Source: a virus
IMG/VR virus record: IMGVR_UViG_3300032268_001483
Location: 53,130 to 117,129 of that record
DNA length: 64,000 nt
Reading direction: 5' to 3' (one strand)
The notes beneath the pieces were generated by a model. It was not told the origin of the DNA, did not search any database, and was given only the letters and a program-made list of their open reading frames with translations. The position numbers were made by a program, and so were the translations under genes. Below are positions 9,118 through 18,828 of this stretch, piece by piece (positions within the stretch are counted from its first letter, which is position 1; the number at the start of each line of letters is the position of its first letter).

Positions 9118-10049
9118 GCCTTTTTCATTCTTTTTTTCTCTGCAAATACACTCGCAGCTTCTCTAACCCATTCACCTTCATCATATGCCCTCTTTCTTGT
9201 CTTTAGTCTTTGTTTATTACAAGGTCCGTTTCCCCCAACGACTTTCCAAAATTCATCCCAATCAATATCTCCGAAGTCATAGTGTCCCCTTTCTTCATTC
9301 CACTTCAACTTTTCATCTGGAAGTTCAACTCCTAAATAATCAGCTTGTTTAACGGTTGCATCTACAAAATCCTGTCTTAACTCATCGTTGGATTTTCTTT
9401 TTATTTTCCAATCCATAGATTTTTGAGAATGCACCGATTGGGAATCATTAGGACCAAACATCATTAAGGCAGGCCACCACCATCTATCAACAGCATCCTG
9501 TAACATCCCCCTTTGTTCTTCATTACCTTGACTCAATTTTACAAGAATTTCATAACCTTGCCTTTGATGAAAACTTTCTTCTTTACAAATTCTAACCATT
9601 GCCCTTGCATAGGGCCCATAGGAAGTTCTACATAACATGACTTGATTCATAATGGCAGCGCCGTCAACTAACCAACCAATTGCACCAATATCTGCCCATG
9701 TTAGGGTAGGATAATTAAAAATACTTGAATACTTTGCTGAGCCATTTAGGAGTTGTTTATAAAGTTCATCTCTACTTATGTCTAATGTTTCTGCTGCACT
9801 ATAAAGATATAGTCCGTGACCAGCTTCATCTTGAACTTTGGCTAATAGACCGACTTTTCTTCTGAGAGTTGGTGCTCTAAGTATCCAGTTTGCTTCTGGT
9901 TGCATCCCAATGATTTCAGAATGTGCGTGTTGGGATATTTGACGAATTAGATTCCTTCTATATTCGTCTGGCATCCAATCTTTTGGTTCTATTTTTATGT
10001 CAGCATCAATCTTTTTTTGAAAAATTAATTCGGTAGATTTTGTTTCCAT
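9114..10049 (-). CDS. paaA: 1,2-phenylacetyl-CoA epoxidase subunit A (diiron)
   Basis: [53 protein letters not shown] are hallmark PaaA motifs. Confidence 0.93.
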   Translation of the reverse strand: METKSTELIFQKKIDADIKIEPKDWMPDEYRRNLIRQISQHAHSEIIGMQPEANWILRAPTLRRKVGLLAKVQDEAGHGLYLYSAAETLDISRDELYKQLLNGSAKYSSIFNYPTLTWADIGAIGWLVDGAAIMNQVMLCRTSYGPYARAMVRICKEESFHQRQGYEILVKLSQGNEEQRGMLQDAVDRWWWPALMMFGPNDSQSVHSQKSMDWKIKRKSNDELRQDFVDATVKQADYLGVELPDEKLKWNEERGHYDFGDIDWDEFWKVVGGNGPCNKQRLKTRKRAYDEGEWVREAASVFAEKKRMKKA

Positions 10050-10051
10050 TT

Positions 10052-10777
10052 TTAAATCTTCTTTAATTGAACTACAACTTGATTATCACCACCAGTGAGT
10101 TCACATCTAAATCCACCTTGTGTCACTCTTGTTGCCCACTGAATTAGATCAGCATCTCTGGTAGCATCTAATTGATTATTAAAAGATCTCCTAATTTTTT
10201 GATTAAGTGCATAATCGTTTCCATACAATCCACCACCTTTTACAGGTGTTCTTATTTCTAACCAATTAGAACGTTTTAGATTTACTTTTTTGTAATTATA
10301 TTTTGTTTTCAAAATTATTTCTAATTCTTTCAGAAAATTTTCTATTTGTTCTTTTACATCAAATTCAGAACTTTCTACAAGTCCACCAACTATGTAAAAT
10401 TTTATTTCTAAATCTTCCCAACTTGGTTTAACTCGGAAGTTTGGAGACTCACCGCTTCGATGATAAAATTGTTCGATTTCTGATAAAATTTTGGAAAGTA
10501 CTTTAATATCGGTCAAACATCTACCACCACCACTATGAGGCTGGATACCATCAGCTACACCTTTTAAATTAATTGTAATTTCTTTACATTTTTTTGTATC
10601 TTTTTTTACATTAGCAACATCAGTAAAAAATCTATTATCAGAAGAAACAAATCCTTCTACAAGTCTAAATTGTTTATTGTCAACGTAGTCGATAAATAGA
10701 TCTTCTATATCTTCGTTATCTAATTTGAAACTTTCAAATAGACTTTCAAAGTTGTTAAATTTTTTTAATTTTTTCAT
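10052..10777 (-). CDS. Hypothetical protein, putative internal head protein
   Basis: N-terminus [16 protein letters not shown] followed by EDIEDLF. Confidence 0.7.
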   Translation of the reverse strand: MKKLKKFNNFESLFESFKLDNEDIEDLFIDYVDNKQFRLVEGFVSSDNRFFTDVANVKKDTKKCKEITINLKGVADGIQPHSGGGRCLTDIKVLSKILSEIEQFYHRSGESPNFRVKPSWEDLEIKFYIVGGLVESSEFDVKEQIENFLKELEIILKTKYNYKKVNLKRSNWLEIRTPVKGGGLYGNDYALNQKIRRSFNNQLDATRDADLIQWATRVTQGGFRCELTGGDNQVVVQLKKI

Positions 10778-10956
10778 GACTTATATTTTCCTCCTCTTTT
10801 TTTCCTTTTACAATATTGCCTTTGAGAAAAGCCTAAATTAGGGTTACTACAATTTATTGATTTTTTGTATTTTACAGACCATCTTTTTTTACCACCCGCT
10901 CTTGGCTTATTGTAACTTTCGAATAAAAATTCTTCAAAATTTAATATTTTTTCCAT
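10774..10956 (-). CDS. Small basic Cys-containing protein (WSxKYKxSIxC..GFSQxxxC type) with capsid-targeting-like leader
   Basis: MEKILNFEEFLFES then RWSVKYKKSINCSNPNLGFSQRQYC, a motif recalled from T4-like aquatic phages. Confidence 0.7.
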   Translation of the reverse strand: MEKILNFEEFLFESYNKPRAGGKKRWSVKYKKSINCSNPNLGFSQRQYCKRKKRGGKYKS

Positions 10957-10958
10957 AA

Positions 10959-11492
10959 TTAACTCTTAAATAAATCATTTACATTAAATCCTTCTAATGA
11001 TGCTCCCAATAGATTCGCTGGTGGATCTAAATTGACATAACCTTCCAAATAGTCTATGAAGAATTTTCTAAGCTCTGTAGCATTCAATCTAGCCTTTTTA
11101 TAGTCATTAATATCAAAACGAAAATCGTATGAATATCTTAAAACTAAAACATTGCCTTCTTTCTGAATGTAGAAAACCAAAGGTATTTTCTTCTGGCTTC
11201 CCCAATTTGATTCTAATATTATTTCGAAAATAACCCTACTACCAACTACCTTCTGTGCCGGGAGTGTGAAAGGTTTGACATCAATTATACTAAAAAATTC
11301 TCCATCCGGACTAATTTCGAAGATAAATCTAAATGGCCAAAGTCTAGGTTTGGATGTAGGCATATCTGTCCCTAATTCAGTTGCATGTTTCAGTAATTGT
11401 TCTTTTCTCTTGGGGTGGTGGTGACCAAGTCTATCAGCAGCACTTTTATAAGTAGATTTGAATAATTCATTTAATGTTTTTAAGTATTTCAT
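10959..11492 (-). CDS. Hypothetical protein, putative internal head protein
   Basis: N-terminus MKYLKTLNELF; late-like promoter upstream. Confidence 0.7.
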   Translation of the reverse strand: MKYLKTLNELFKSTYKSAADRLGHHHPKRKEQLLKHATELGTDMPTSKPRLWPFRFIFEISPDGEFFSIIDVKPFTLPAQKVVGSRVIFEIILESNWGSQKKIPLVFYIQKEGNVLVLRYSYDFRFDINDYKKARLNATELRKFFIDYLEGYVNLDPPANLLGASLEGFNVNDLFKS

Positions 11493-11571
11493 GTTAAATT
11501 TAATAATTTTGTATTATAATTCTATATATTAATTTATCTTTGTAAAATATTATATATAAAAACAAAATACA

Positions 11572-12048
11572 ATGAAACATATTAAACTATTTGAAAACTT
11601 CAATTTGGAAGACATACTTTATCAAATAAATCTTATTTGTGATAGAGATAATTACCATAATCCACAAATAAGAACTTCGAATAAATCTTACAATGAGGAG
11701 TTTATTACCTATCTCTGGGAAATAGCTGAAATTAAGAGAATTGACGCTCTTGGTGGTACAGAATCTAAATCAGGCTTTAGAAGATATGATATTTCTAACA
11801 AAGTGAATTTTGAAGATATTATACATATGGCTCCGACTGGCATAGCAACTGGTATAAAAATAGTAAAATATCCAATGGCTAAAATGTTAGATTATGAGAC
11901 CTGGTCCGGTGGTTATATTGAAGGTTTTATCAGAATGGATAGTGATGATAGGAGATTTGGTGAGTATTTTATTTGGACTTATATTAAGATGGATAGACTT
12001 AAAGATATAATTGAAAAATTTAGTGATAAGTTGAATTTAGATTTTTGA
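11572..12048 (+). CDS. Hypothetical protein, putative internal head protein
   Basis: N-terminus MKHIKLFENF. Confidence 0.7.
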   Translation: MKHIKLFENFNLEDILYQINLICDRDNYHNPQIRTSNKSYNEEFITYLWEIAEIKRIDALGGTESKSGFRRYDISNKVNFEDIIHMAPTGIATGIKIVKYPMAKMLDYETWSGGYIEGFIRMDSDDRRFGEYFIWTYIKMDRLKDIIEKFSDKLNLDF

Positions 12049-13851
12049 AAAAAACCACTTTTTATTGCCTGAATCAAATATTTTAAAATATCCCTTGGAT
12101 TCCATAATTTTTTCCTCTGTTAAATTTGGATCTGCACCCTCTTTAACCAACTTATCTTTTCTAAAGTTAAATCTACCTACTCGTTTACCACCAATTACAT
12201 AATAGTAATTTGAAACTGTTTCACCAACAAATTCGAAGTCCAATATTTTATAAATCTTTCCATCAGAATAATCATTTTTCGAATAGGAAATAATTTCATT
12301 GACATCATCTCTTTTGATAAATCTTTTGAATAACTTGGTGGCTGAACCAACTACATTATAACCAATTTTATTACAAAATCTTAATAGTTCCCAGTGACCG
12401 AATTTACTTTTTTGACCAAGTGATTTTCTCAATTCACCAAACGTCATGAGACTAACTAATTCATTTCTATAAAAGAGGCCTAATTTTATTTTTGAACCAA
12501 CAAATCCCTGTATATGATTATTTTCTAAAAAATCTCTGACTAATTTATTATCCTCGATTATTCTGACATCACATTCTCTAGCACCAATTTTAATGTTGGT
12601 ATTACCAAGTTTATGTCCTATCATAGACTTTAATATTTCTCTTTTCAAAATCCAATCATCTTCCCAAATTTGAAAAATTCTAATGTTTTTATCTTCAAAG
12701 TGTTTTAACTTGTCGGAGTGATAACTTTTATCTTTAAACTTTGTGGAGTGCCAATAAACACCATTGAACTCAAATCCAATTTTTAATACGGGTAAATAAA
12801 TATCTATTTCTTTTTTATCTATTTTATGATTTTTTATAATTTCACCTTTATAAATCTCTGAAATAAAATCATATAATGAATTTTCAAAAAATGAAGATTT
12901 TGTTTTTAGTGGATTGCAATGTATACAAATCTCATTTTCAAATCTTTTTCTAACGGAAAGTGTCGATTTGTGCATAGTAAAATCTTTTCCACACTTTTTA
13001 CAATTTAAGTGAAAAGTATCTTTGATATCAATCATCTCTAAATAGAAATTGTTTGAATTAAAAAAATTATTATATTCATTGATTATCTTTCTTTTAATTC
13101 TGTTCTTTATTATATCTGATTTACTAATATGATCTACACCCCATTTTTCTAAACAAGTTTCTTTAAATTTATTTTTAATTTCTGGGCTTTTCATTGGATT
13201 ATCAACACCAAAATTCTTCAGAATTGTTTCTTTCTTTTTTTTCTTTATTTCATCTGAATGAGCTGGATGACTGACTCCAAAATTTTCCAGTAAAGTATTT
13301 TTAATTTGTTTTTTTATTGCCTCATTTTGGAATGGATTCTCAACACCCCAATTTTTGAGTGTCGTTTTTGATTTTTTTTCTTTAACGCTCTTCAACTTGG
13401 ATGGATTATCAACACCCCACTTCTCCAAGAAATTCTTTTTAAATGTCTCAGTTCTTTTTTTATATCCTGCCTTTGTCTGATTCTCAATTAGTCGATTTTT
13501 TATCCCCTCATTTTTCATCGGATTATCAACACCCCATTTCTCCATGAAGTTTTTTTTGAAACTTTCTAGTTTTTTATTATTCAATTCAATATCGTTATTC
13601 GAGCAAGTTTTAGAACAATAAGTCCTATAACCTCTTTTTATTGATAAGAATTGAGTTTGATTTTTACAAGATTTACACTTACCAACATCTAATCCATCGT
13701 TCAAGTATAGATAAATTTTCTCTGATAATGTCGATCCATCCCGATCATTGAAAAAAATGTATAGATTAGGTAAATTTGAAATTACCCAAGATTCCTTTAC
13801 AATATATTTTGATAAATAAATTTCTAACTCAGATTTTTGAATTTCAGTCAT
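12037..13851 (-). CDS. Hef-like endonuclease paralog: EKWGVDNP repeats + Vsr/DUF559-like nuclease + Mom/GNAT-like domain
   Basis: About six (E/K)xW/FGVxNP/HP repeats; EIDIYLP..GFEFNGVYWH..FQIWEDDW; WELLRFCN..VVGSATKL..IYKILDF. Confidence 0.8.
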   Translation of the reverse strand: MTEIQKSELEIYLSKYIVKESWVISNLPNLYIFFNDRDGSTLSEKIYLYLNDGLDVGKCKSCKNQTQFLSIKRGYRTYCSKTCSNNDIELNNKKLESFKKNFMEKWGVDNPMKNEGIKNRLIENQTKAGYKKRTETFKKNFLEKWGVDNPSKLKSVKEKKSKTTLKNWGVENPFQNEAIKKQIKNTLLENFGVSHPAHSDEIKKKKKETILKNFGVDNPMKSPEIKNKFKETCLEKWGVDHISKSDIIKNRIKRKIINEYNNFFNSNNFYLEMIDIKDTFHLNCKKCGKDFTMHKSTLSVRKRFENEICIHCNPLKTKSSFFENSLYDFISEIYKGEIIKNHKIDKKEIDIYLPVLKIGFEFNGVYWHSTKFKDKSYHSDKLKHFEDKNIRIFQIWEDDWILKREILKSMIGHKLGNTNIKIGARECDVRIIEDNKLVRDFLENNHIQGFVGSKIKLGLFYRNELVSLMTFGELRKSLGQKSKFGHWELLRFCNKIGYNVVGSATKLFKRFIKRDDVNEIISYSKNDYSDGKIYKILDFEFVGETVSNYYYVIGGKRVGRFNFRKDKLVKEGADPNLTEEKIMESKGYFKIFDSGNKKWFFSKI

Positions 13852-13866
13852 AAAATACCTTTTATT

Positions 13867-13880
13867 GTATATATTAAAAA
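13867..13880 (-). promoter_or_regulatory. Late-promoter-like motif for Hef-like gene
   Basis: TTTTTAATATATAC on the minus strand. Confidence 0.55.
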
Positions 13881-13972
13881 TATCATCGTAGGCTACAAAA
13901 AAACAAAATAAATTATCAACTAAACATTTACTATTTTAATAAATATAACTATACAAAAAAAAGAAAAAAATT

Positions 13973-14938
13973 ATGACAGTACAAGAACCAATATTAATAC
14001 CAAATCCAAACAGATATGTTATATTTCCCATTAAACATCACGATATTTGGGAATCATATAAGACATCCGAACACCTCTTCTGGACAGCAGAAGAAATAGA
14101 TTTGGCCCAAGATTTAACAGATTGGAAGGATAAACTTAACGATGATGAAAGACACTACGTTAAAATGGTTCTGGCGTTTTTCGCGGCGAGTGACGGAATT
14201 GTGAATCAAAATCTGGCACAAAACTTTGTAAATGAGGTACAATATCCAGAAGCAATGTTCTATTATGGATTTCAAATCATGATGGAAAACATCCACTCTG
14301 AAACTTATTCTCTTCTAATTGATACTTATATCAAAGATGAGGAGGAAAGAAATAAACTGTTCAATGCCATCGAGCACTTCCCATCTATTCAGAAGAAAGC
14401 AAAGTGGGCACTTAAATGGATTGATTCTCCGAATTTTACTGAAAGATTAGTTGCTTTTGCTGCTGTTGAAGGTATATTTTTCTCTGGTGCTTTTTGTTCA
14501 ATTTATTGGTTAAAAAAACGTGGTTTGATGCCGGGTTTAGCATTCTCAAATGAATTAATTTCAAGAGATGAGGGAATGCATTGTAAATTTGCGACTTTAC
14601 TATATACAAAACACATTGTAAATAAACTTTCAGAAGAAAGAATTAAAGAGATTATTTGTGATGCAGTTGAAATTGAAAAAGAATTCATTACTGAATCTTT
14701 ACCTGTATCATTGATTGGTATGAATTCTAATTTAATGAAACAATATATTGAATTTGTTGCTGATTATTGGTTAGTAGAACTTGGATGTTCAAAACAATAT
14801 AATTCTGCAAACCCATTCGACTTTATGGATATGATTTCTCTACAAGGTAAGAGTAATTTCTTTGAGAAACGTGTTGGTGAATATAAGAAAGCAACAGACA
14901 GAAAGTTTGATTGGGATAATATGGATACAGACTTTTAA
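13973..14938 (+). CDS. nrdB: Ribonucleotide reductase class Ia beta subunit
   Basis: [51 protein letters not shown] motifs; uninterrupted. Confidence 0.96.
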   Translation: MTVQEPILIPNPNRYVIFPIKHHDIWESYKTSEHLFWTAEEIDLAQDLTDWKDKLNDDERHYVKMVLAFFAASDGIVNQNLAQNFVNEVQYPEAMFYYGFQIMMENIHSETYSLLIDTYIKDEEERNKLFNAIEHFPSIQKKAKWALKWIDSPNFTERLVAFAAVEGIFFSGAFCSIYWLKKRGLMPGLAFSNELISRDEGMHCKFATLLYTKHIVNKLSEERIKEIICDAVEIEKEFITESLPVSLIGMNSNLMKQYIEFVADYWLVELGCSKQYNSANPFDFMDMISLQGKSNFFEKRVGEYKKATDRKFDWDNMDTDF

Positions 14939-14953
14939 AATTAAATATAAATT

Positions 14954-15130
14954 ATGAAAAAATTAGTATTAGTTCTACTTGGGTTAATTATTTTAGGAAC
15001 ATCTTGTTCAAGTCCTTATAAAAGGAGAAAAAGATGTAGAGGAAATGGAAGTTGGTATGGTAATAGAAACTTAGGTGAATCTACAAAATCTGAAAATACT
15101 TATCTATTTGTTAACAATTTAAATAAATAA
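14954..15130 (+). CDS. Small lipoprotein (58 aa), absent from ORF track
   Basis: Hand translation MKKLVLVLLGLIILGTSC-SSPYKRRKRCRGNGSW...; signal peptide II with Cys18. Confidence 0.7.
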   Translation: MKKLVLVLLGLIILGTSCSSPYKRRKRCRGNGSWYGNRNLGESTKSENTYLFVNNLNK

Positions 15131-15134
15131 AAAA

Positions 15135-15296
15135 ATGCTTTATATACTTTCTTGGGTAATGATTTTAATTTGCGTATCAATCACAGCTTTAGCTGTTGGG
15201 GTTTTTTTAGTAAACAGAAATCCCCATACTAAATTCGCAACTTGGTGGAAAGAAAACATTATTGATAGAGAATCAGAAGATAAATTTTTTGATTGA
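15135..15296 (+). CDS. Small single-pass membrane protein (53 aa), absent from ORF track
   Basis: Hand translation MLYILSWVMILICVSITALAVGVFLVNRNPHTKFATWWKE... Confidence 0.6.
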   Translation: MLYILSWVMILICVSITALAVGVFLVNRNPHTKFATWWKENIIDRESEDKFFD

Positions 15297-15610
15297 TGTC
15301 TGATTTTTACTTAAAAATAGATGTATAGAAAAAAGGGAAGTTAGATGGATAATATATAATCTTCCATAGTTTTTAGAAACCGAGGGTAGTTTAAAAAAAT
15401 ACAAAGTATAATATGAACTGAAAACCTTTCCCAGACTTAGAATTTTAATGAGGAATGAATTTACTACCCTATTCATTCCTTAAATTCAATCAAATTATTG
15501 TTTAACTACTTTTGTAATCTTTGATGTTCTTCAAAGATTATAACACCAAGTTTTAAATTTTTTTAAAATGGTGAGCTTGAAAAGGCTAAGATAAAAATTT
15601 AAAAAAAATT

Positions 15611-16483
15611 ATGTTAAAATTTAGATTAAAGAAATTAGAAACAAAATTGATGTTTAATGAGAAAAATCTCACATTTTTCGAACGACTATTTAAAAACCAA
15701 ATCAGAGTACTTATTAAATGGTATCTCTACCCAGAATTCAGAAAAGGTAATTTATTTATAAAATCCATCAAAGAAAATAGACTCTTAATAGGTATCTTAG
15801 CATTCTTTGTTATTTGGAATATCACACTTTTTAACTTCGGTAAATTGTCCAATCTAAAACAAGTTAAAAATTTAGAATCAGAACTTAGTAAAACTACTTC
15901 AACACTCCAATCAACTTACCGATTACTAAATCACAAAATTACTACAATTGATAACCTAAGAAAACAAACTCAAACTCGTCAATATTTGGAATATATCATC
16001 AAAAGAGATTGTTATCTTAGATGCCCAGACGCACTCAGTAAATTACCAGACGTTGTCTTTTTCACAATGATCGAAGAAATTGAAAGTTACGAAATCCCAT
16101 ATACTATATTTTTTAGAGTAGTAGATTTAGAATCAGGATTTGAATTTATTACTAATACTAGTTCAGGAGCATATGGTTATTGTCAAGTAATGCCTTCTAC
16201 ATTCAACCACGTATCTAAAATCTTAGATTTAAAAGAACATTCCCCAGTGAATAATGTAAAAGTAGGAGCTTATGTACTAAAAGACGGATTCAAAAGACAC
16301 AAAGCTAGAGGATTAGATGATAAAGATGCTTGGTTTCACTCTTTAGTTAATTATTGTGGAGGAAGTCATGAAATTGCAAAAAAAGAAATGATGTATTATA
16401 AAGAAGGACTATTAGATACTAAATCCATACTTATAAAAAATCCAGATTCAACTGAAACAAAAGTAAAGGTGAAAGGGGCTTAA
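15611..16483 (+). CDS. Lytic transglycosylase (SLT domain) with N-terminal membrane anchor and coiled coil
   Basis: Catalytic LESG, GAYGYCQVMPST and YCGG motifs; hydrophobic LLIGILAFFVIWNITLF segment. Confidence 0.8.
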   Translation: MLKFRLKKLETKLMFNEKNLTFFERLFKNQIRVLIKWYLYPEFRKGNLFIKSIKENRLLIGILAFFVIWNITLFNFGKLSNLKQVKNLESELSKTTSTLQSTYRLLNHKITTIDNLRKQTQTRQYLEYIIKRDCYLRCPDALSKLPDVVFFTMIEEIESYEIPYTIFFRVVDLESGFEFITNTSSGAYGYCQVMPSTFNHVSKILDLKEHSPVNNVKVGAYVLKDGFKRHKARGLDDKDAWFHSLVNYCGGSHEIAKKEMMYYKEGLLDTKSILIKNPDSTETKVKVKGA

Positions 16484-16487
16484 AATA

Positions 16488-16522
16488 AAAAAAAAGAGGA
16501 TTTTTAAATCCTCTTTTTTTTT
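16488..16522. terminator. Bidirectional intrinsic terminator between convergent genes
   Basis: A-run-GAGGATT/AATCCTC-T-run hairpin. Confidence 0.7.
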
Positions 16523-18336
16523 ATTCTAAAATAACGATTTAAGTCAGTCATAAATTTACTACACCTAAGTGATTTTGCATAATTCAATTTACTATCTCCA
16601 TCAGTCGCAACTTCAAAAAAGTTTCTCTTTTCTGTAGCTAATTTTTCTAATTCTTCAAATCCTATTTCTTCTAACAATAGATTATAATATTCTAATACAT
16701 CGAAAACTTTTTCATTTACACCTAATTCTAAACCTAAAATCAATGCAGTTGCAGAGTCGCAATATTCTAAATTAGAATATGGATTATCACCTACTATGTC
16801 CCACAATACGATTACGAAATCCTTCAATATCCACCCGCCTTTCCAATCTTTTACTAACAGTCTTTCCAATATCCCATAATGATTCTCCCAATTTGAATTT
16901 CTTTTTTCTGATAAATGATTATACCAAAAAGTATTTTTTATATTTGAATTACTAAATCTTAAATAACAACTATCGTTTTCATGTACCCAACAAGGTTCTT
17001 CATTACAATTACCATTTTTGTAAACATAATCAACTACATCAACCGATTCATCTGCTAAAATATATCCACCATAGTAATCAGAATAATAAGCATCATTAAT
17101 ATGTATTGAATCTTGGTGCCAATGGTCAAAAACAATACTATCGTGATCTTGAGGCCACCAACCTACATACATTCGACTACCCTTACTTATATAAATTGCA
17201 TCACTTTCATAAAGGTAACTATCTACATGATCTGACCAAACTGATTCATCTTCTGGAATTGTTTCTCCATGCCATTCGGAATAAACACCACCTGTGATCT
17301 CAGTATGACCTCCGGATGTATCATTCAAGAGGTAATCACCTTCACAGTCTTGATCCTCATCATTATACAATTTTGAATCTTCAGTACCAAATCTTCTAAA
17401 TGTATCTACATACGGAAAGAATCTATATCTCTCATCTTTTAACTGAACAGTCATATTTATCTTGAAATTCTCTTCATTGAATGTGACTCCTGTAAAACCA
17501 CCAAAACTATTACTTGATTTATAAGCATAACCTTCTTTTATAGCCCATTCTCTTAAATATTCTACATCAGCATCTGAAATAGCATATTGTCTATCCATAA
17601 ACCATTCGAATTTTGGATTTCCTTTCCAAGATTTAATTGAATCGATTTTCCAAAGTAGGGCTCTTGCTCTCAATTTCGGTTGATTATTCTCATCTTCGTC
17701 TAAAAGACAAACCATTTTACAAACTTCTGGGTTTTTTGTATAGATATCAAAATAATTTTTACATCTTTCATATCTCATACAAGAAGAACCAAGACTTGAA
17801 TCTTTATTCAGATAGTTTTTTCCATCATACCAAAAAGCAATTTCATCACCTTCAACAACCTTTATTACCATTGAAGTCTCACCTTTTTGAACAGCTTTAA
17901 ACTTATCTGTAAACTTCTCAATATCACCAGGAGTCCATTTACCAGGTGAAAGAATATTAACAATTTTACCTACTTTGACTGGATTTCTAGCCTTATTCCA
18001 AGATGGCAATTTAATCAGATAACTATCTGAATAGGCTTTGATGAAATCATTCTCTACCCTTTTTAGTGTATCTTTTACAAAAGAATCATCACCATCTTCT
18101 TCTATACCCTTTAACATGGATTTCATAGTTTTAAAGGTAACATATCCTTCTCTCGAATCAACATCTAAAAATGTCACATCTTCTTTAGGATTTGTTCCCT
18201 CTTTTGATAGGATATCTTTTGCGATAGGATGTTTTACTTTAGCTAATTCTTCTCTCAATTTAGGAGAAAAATAAACAATAGACTCATTAATTGATTCTAT
18301 TTGCTTTTCAACTAAAAATTCATAATAATTTTTCAA
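16504..18336 (-). CDS. Large hypothetical protein (SCMRY/RALLW/MDRQY domain plus aromatic/acidic repeats) with capsid-targeting-like leader
   Basis: 610-aa ORF; starts MKNYYEFLVEKQIESINES. Confidence 0.7.
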   Translation of the reverse strand: MKNYYEFLVEKQIESINESIVYFSPKLREELAKVKHPIAKDILSKEGTNPKEDVTFLDVDSREGYVTFKTMKSMLKGIEEDGDDSFVKDTLKRVENDFIKAYSDSYLIKLPSWNKARNPVKVGKIVNILSPGKWTPGDIEKFTDKFKAVQKGETSMVIKVVEGDEIAFWYDGKNYLNKDSSLGSSCMRYERCKNYFDIYTKNPEVCKMVCLLDEDENNQPKLRARALLWKIDSIKSWKGNPKFEWFMDRQYAISDADVEYLREWAIKEGYAYKSSNSFGGFTGVTFNEENFKINMTVQLKDERYRFFPYVDTFRRFGTEDSKLYNDEDQDCEGDYLLNDTSGGHTEITGGVYSEWHGETIPEDESVWSDHVDSYLYESDAIYISKGSRMYVGWWPQDHDSIVFDHWHQDSIHINDAYYSDYYGGYILADESVDVVDYVYKNGNCNEEPCWVHENDSCYLRFSNSNIKNTFWYNHLSEKRNSNWENHYGILERLLVKDWKGGWILKDFVIVLWDIVGDNPYSNLEYCDSATALILGLELGVNEKVFDVLEYYNLLLEEIGFEELEKLATEKRNFFEVATDGDSKLNYAKSLRCSKFMTDLNRYFRIKKKRI

Positions 18337-18344
18337 AATAAAAT

Positions 18345-18764
18345 TTAATTTTTTATTCTATATACCATTTGAAACTCTTTCTTTGAGAATCCGACCTTTT
18401 CATAAAATGGTATATTATCTAAACTACAATCCAATATAATTTTATAACAATTTTTTTCCTTAGATATTTCTATAGCCTTATTTAATAATTGCTTGGATAT
18501 ACCTTTGCCCCTACAATCTACATCGGTTACAACATCTTCGATGTGCATAACACATGAAAAACTTCTCTGTATTTTTTGCTCTACCAAATAACTAACACAT
18601 CCTACAACCTTTCCATCTAATTCATAGACTAAAACTTCAAAGCTTTCGCCTTGAGATTCTACGAACTTTTTAAATTGGTTTTCTGTAACTTCACCAACTT
18701 GAGTCAATTGCGATAAAAGATTTAAATAATCTTTATAATCTTCTTGTTTCAATAATCTAATCAT
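18345..18764 (-). CDS. Glucosamine-6-phosphate N-acetyltransferase (GNA1-type GNAT)
   Basis: LLSQLT, LVEQKI, HIEDVV, RGKGISKQL, CYKIILDC, FYEKVGF match the GNA1 family. Confidence 0.82.
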   Translation of the reverse strand: MIRLLKQEDYKDYLNLLSQLTQVGEVTENQFKKFVESQGESFEVLVYELDGKVVGCVSYLVEQKIQRSFSCVMHIEDVVTDVDCRGKGISKQLLNKAIEISKEKNCYKIILDCSLDNIPFYEKVGFSKKEFQMVYRIKN

Positions 18765-18784
18765 ACAACTATATATAAAAAAAA

Positions 18785-18809
18785 GAGGATGTATTTTAAA
18801 TACATCCTC
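18785..18809 (-). terminator. Intrinsic terminator after aaRS-like gene
   Basis: GAGGATGTATT/AATACATCCTC stem followed by a T-run on the minus strand. Confidence 0.7.
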
Positions 18810-18828
18810 CGGTACACAAGATTTGAAA

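Noticed and set aside
11508-11542. TTTG...TATCTTTG as a Bacteroidota promoter for 11572
   Set aside because: The spacer is 23 nt, longer than the usual 19-21, and a late-like box lies closer to the start; left unannotated.
13973-14938. Possible intron or intein in nrdB (also checked uvsX and glmS)
   Set aside because: All three have normal lengths and continuous motifs; the endonucleases are free-standing.
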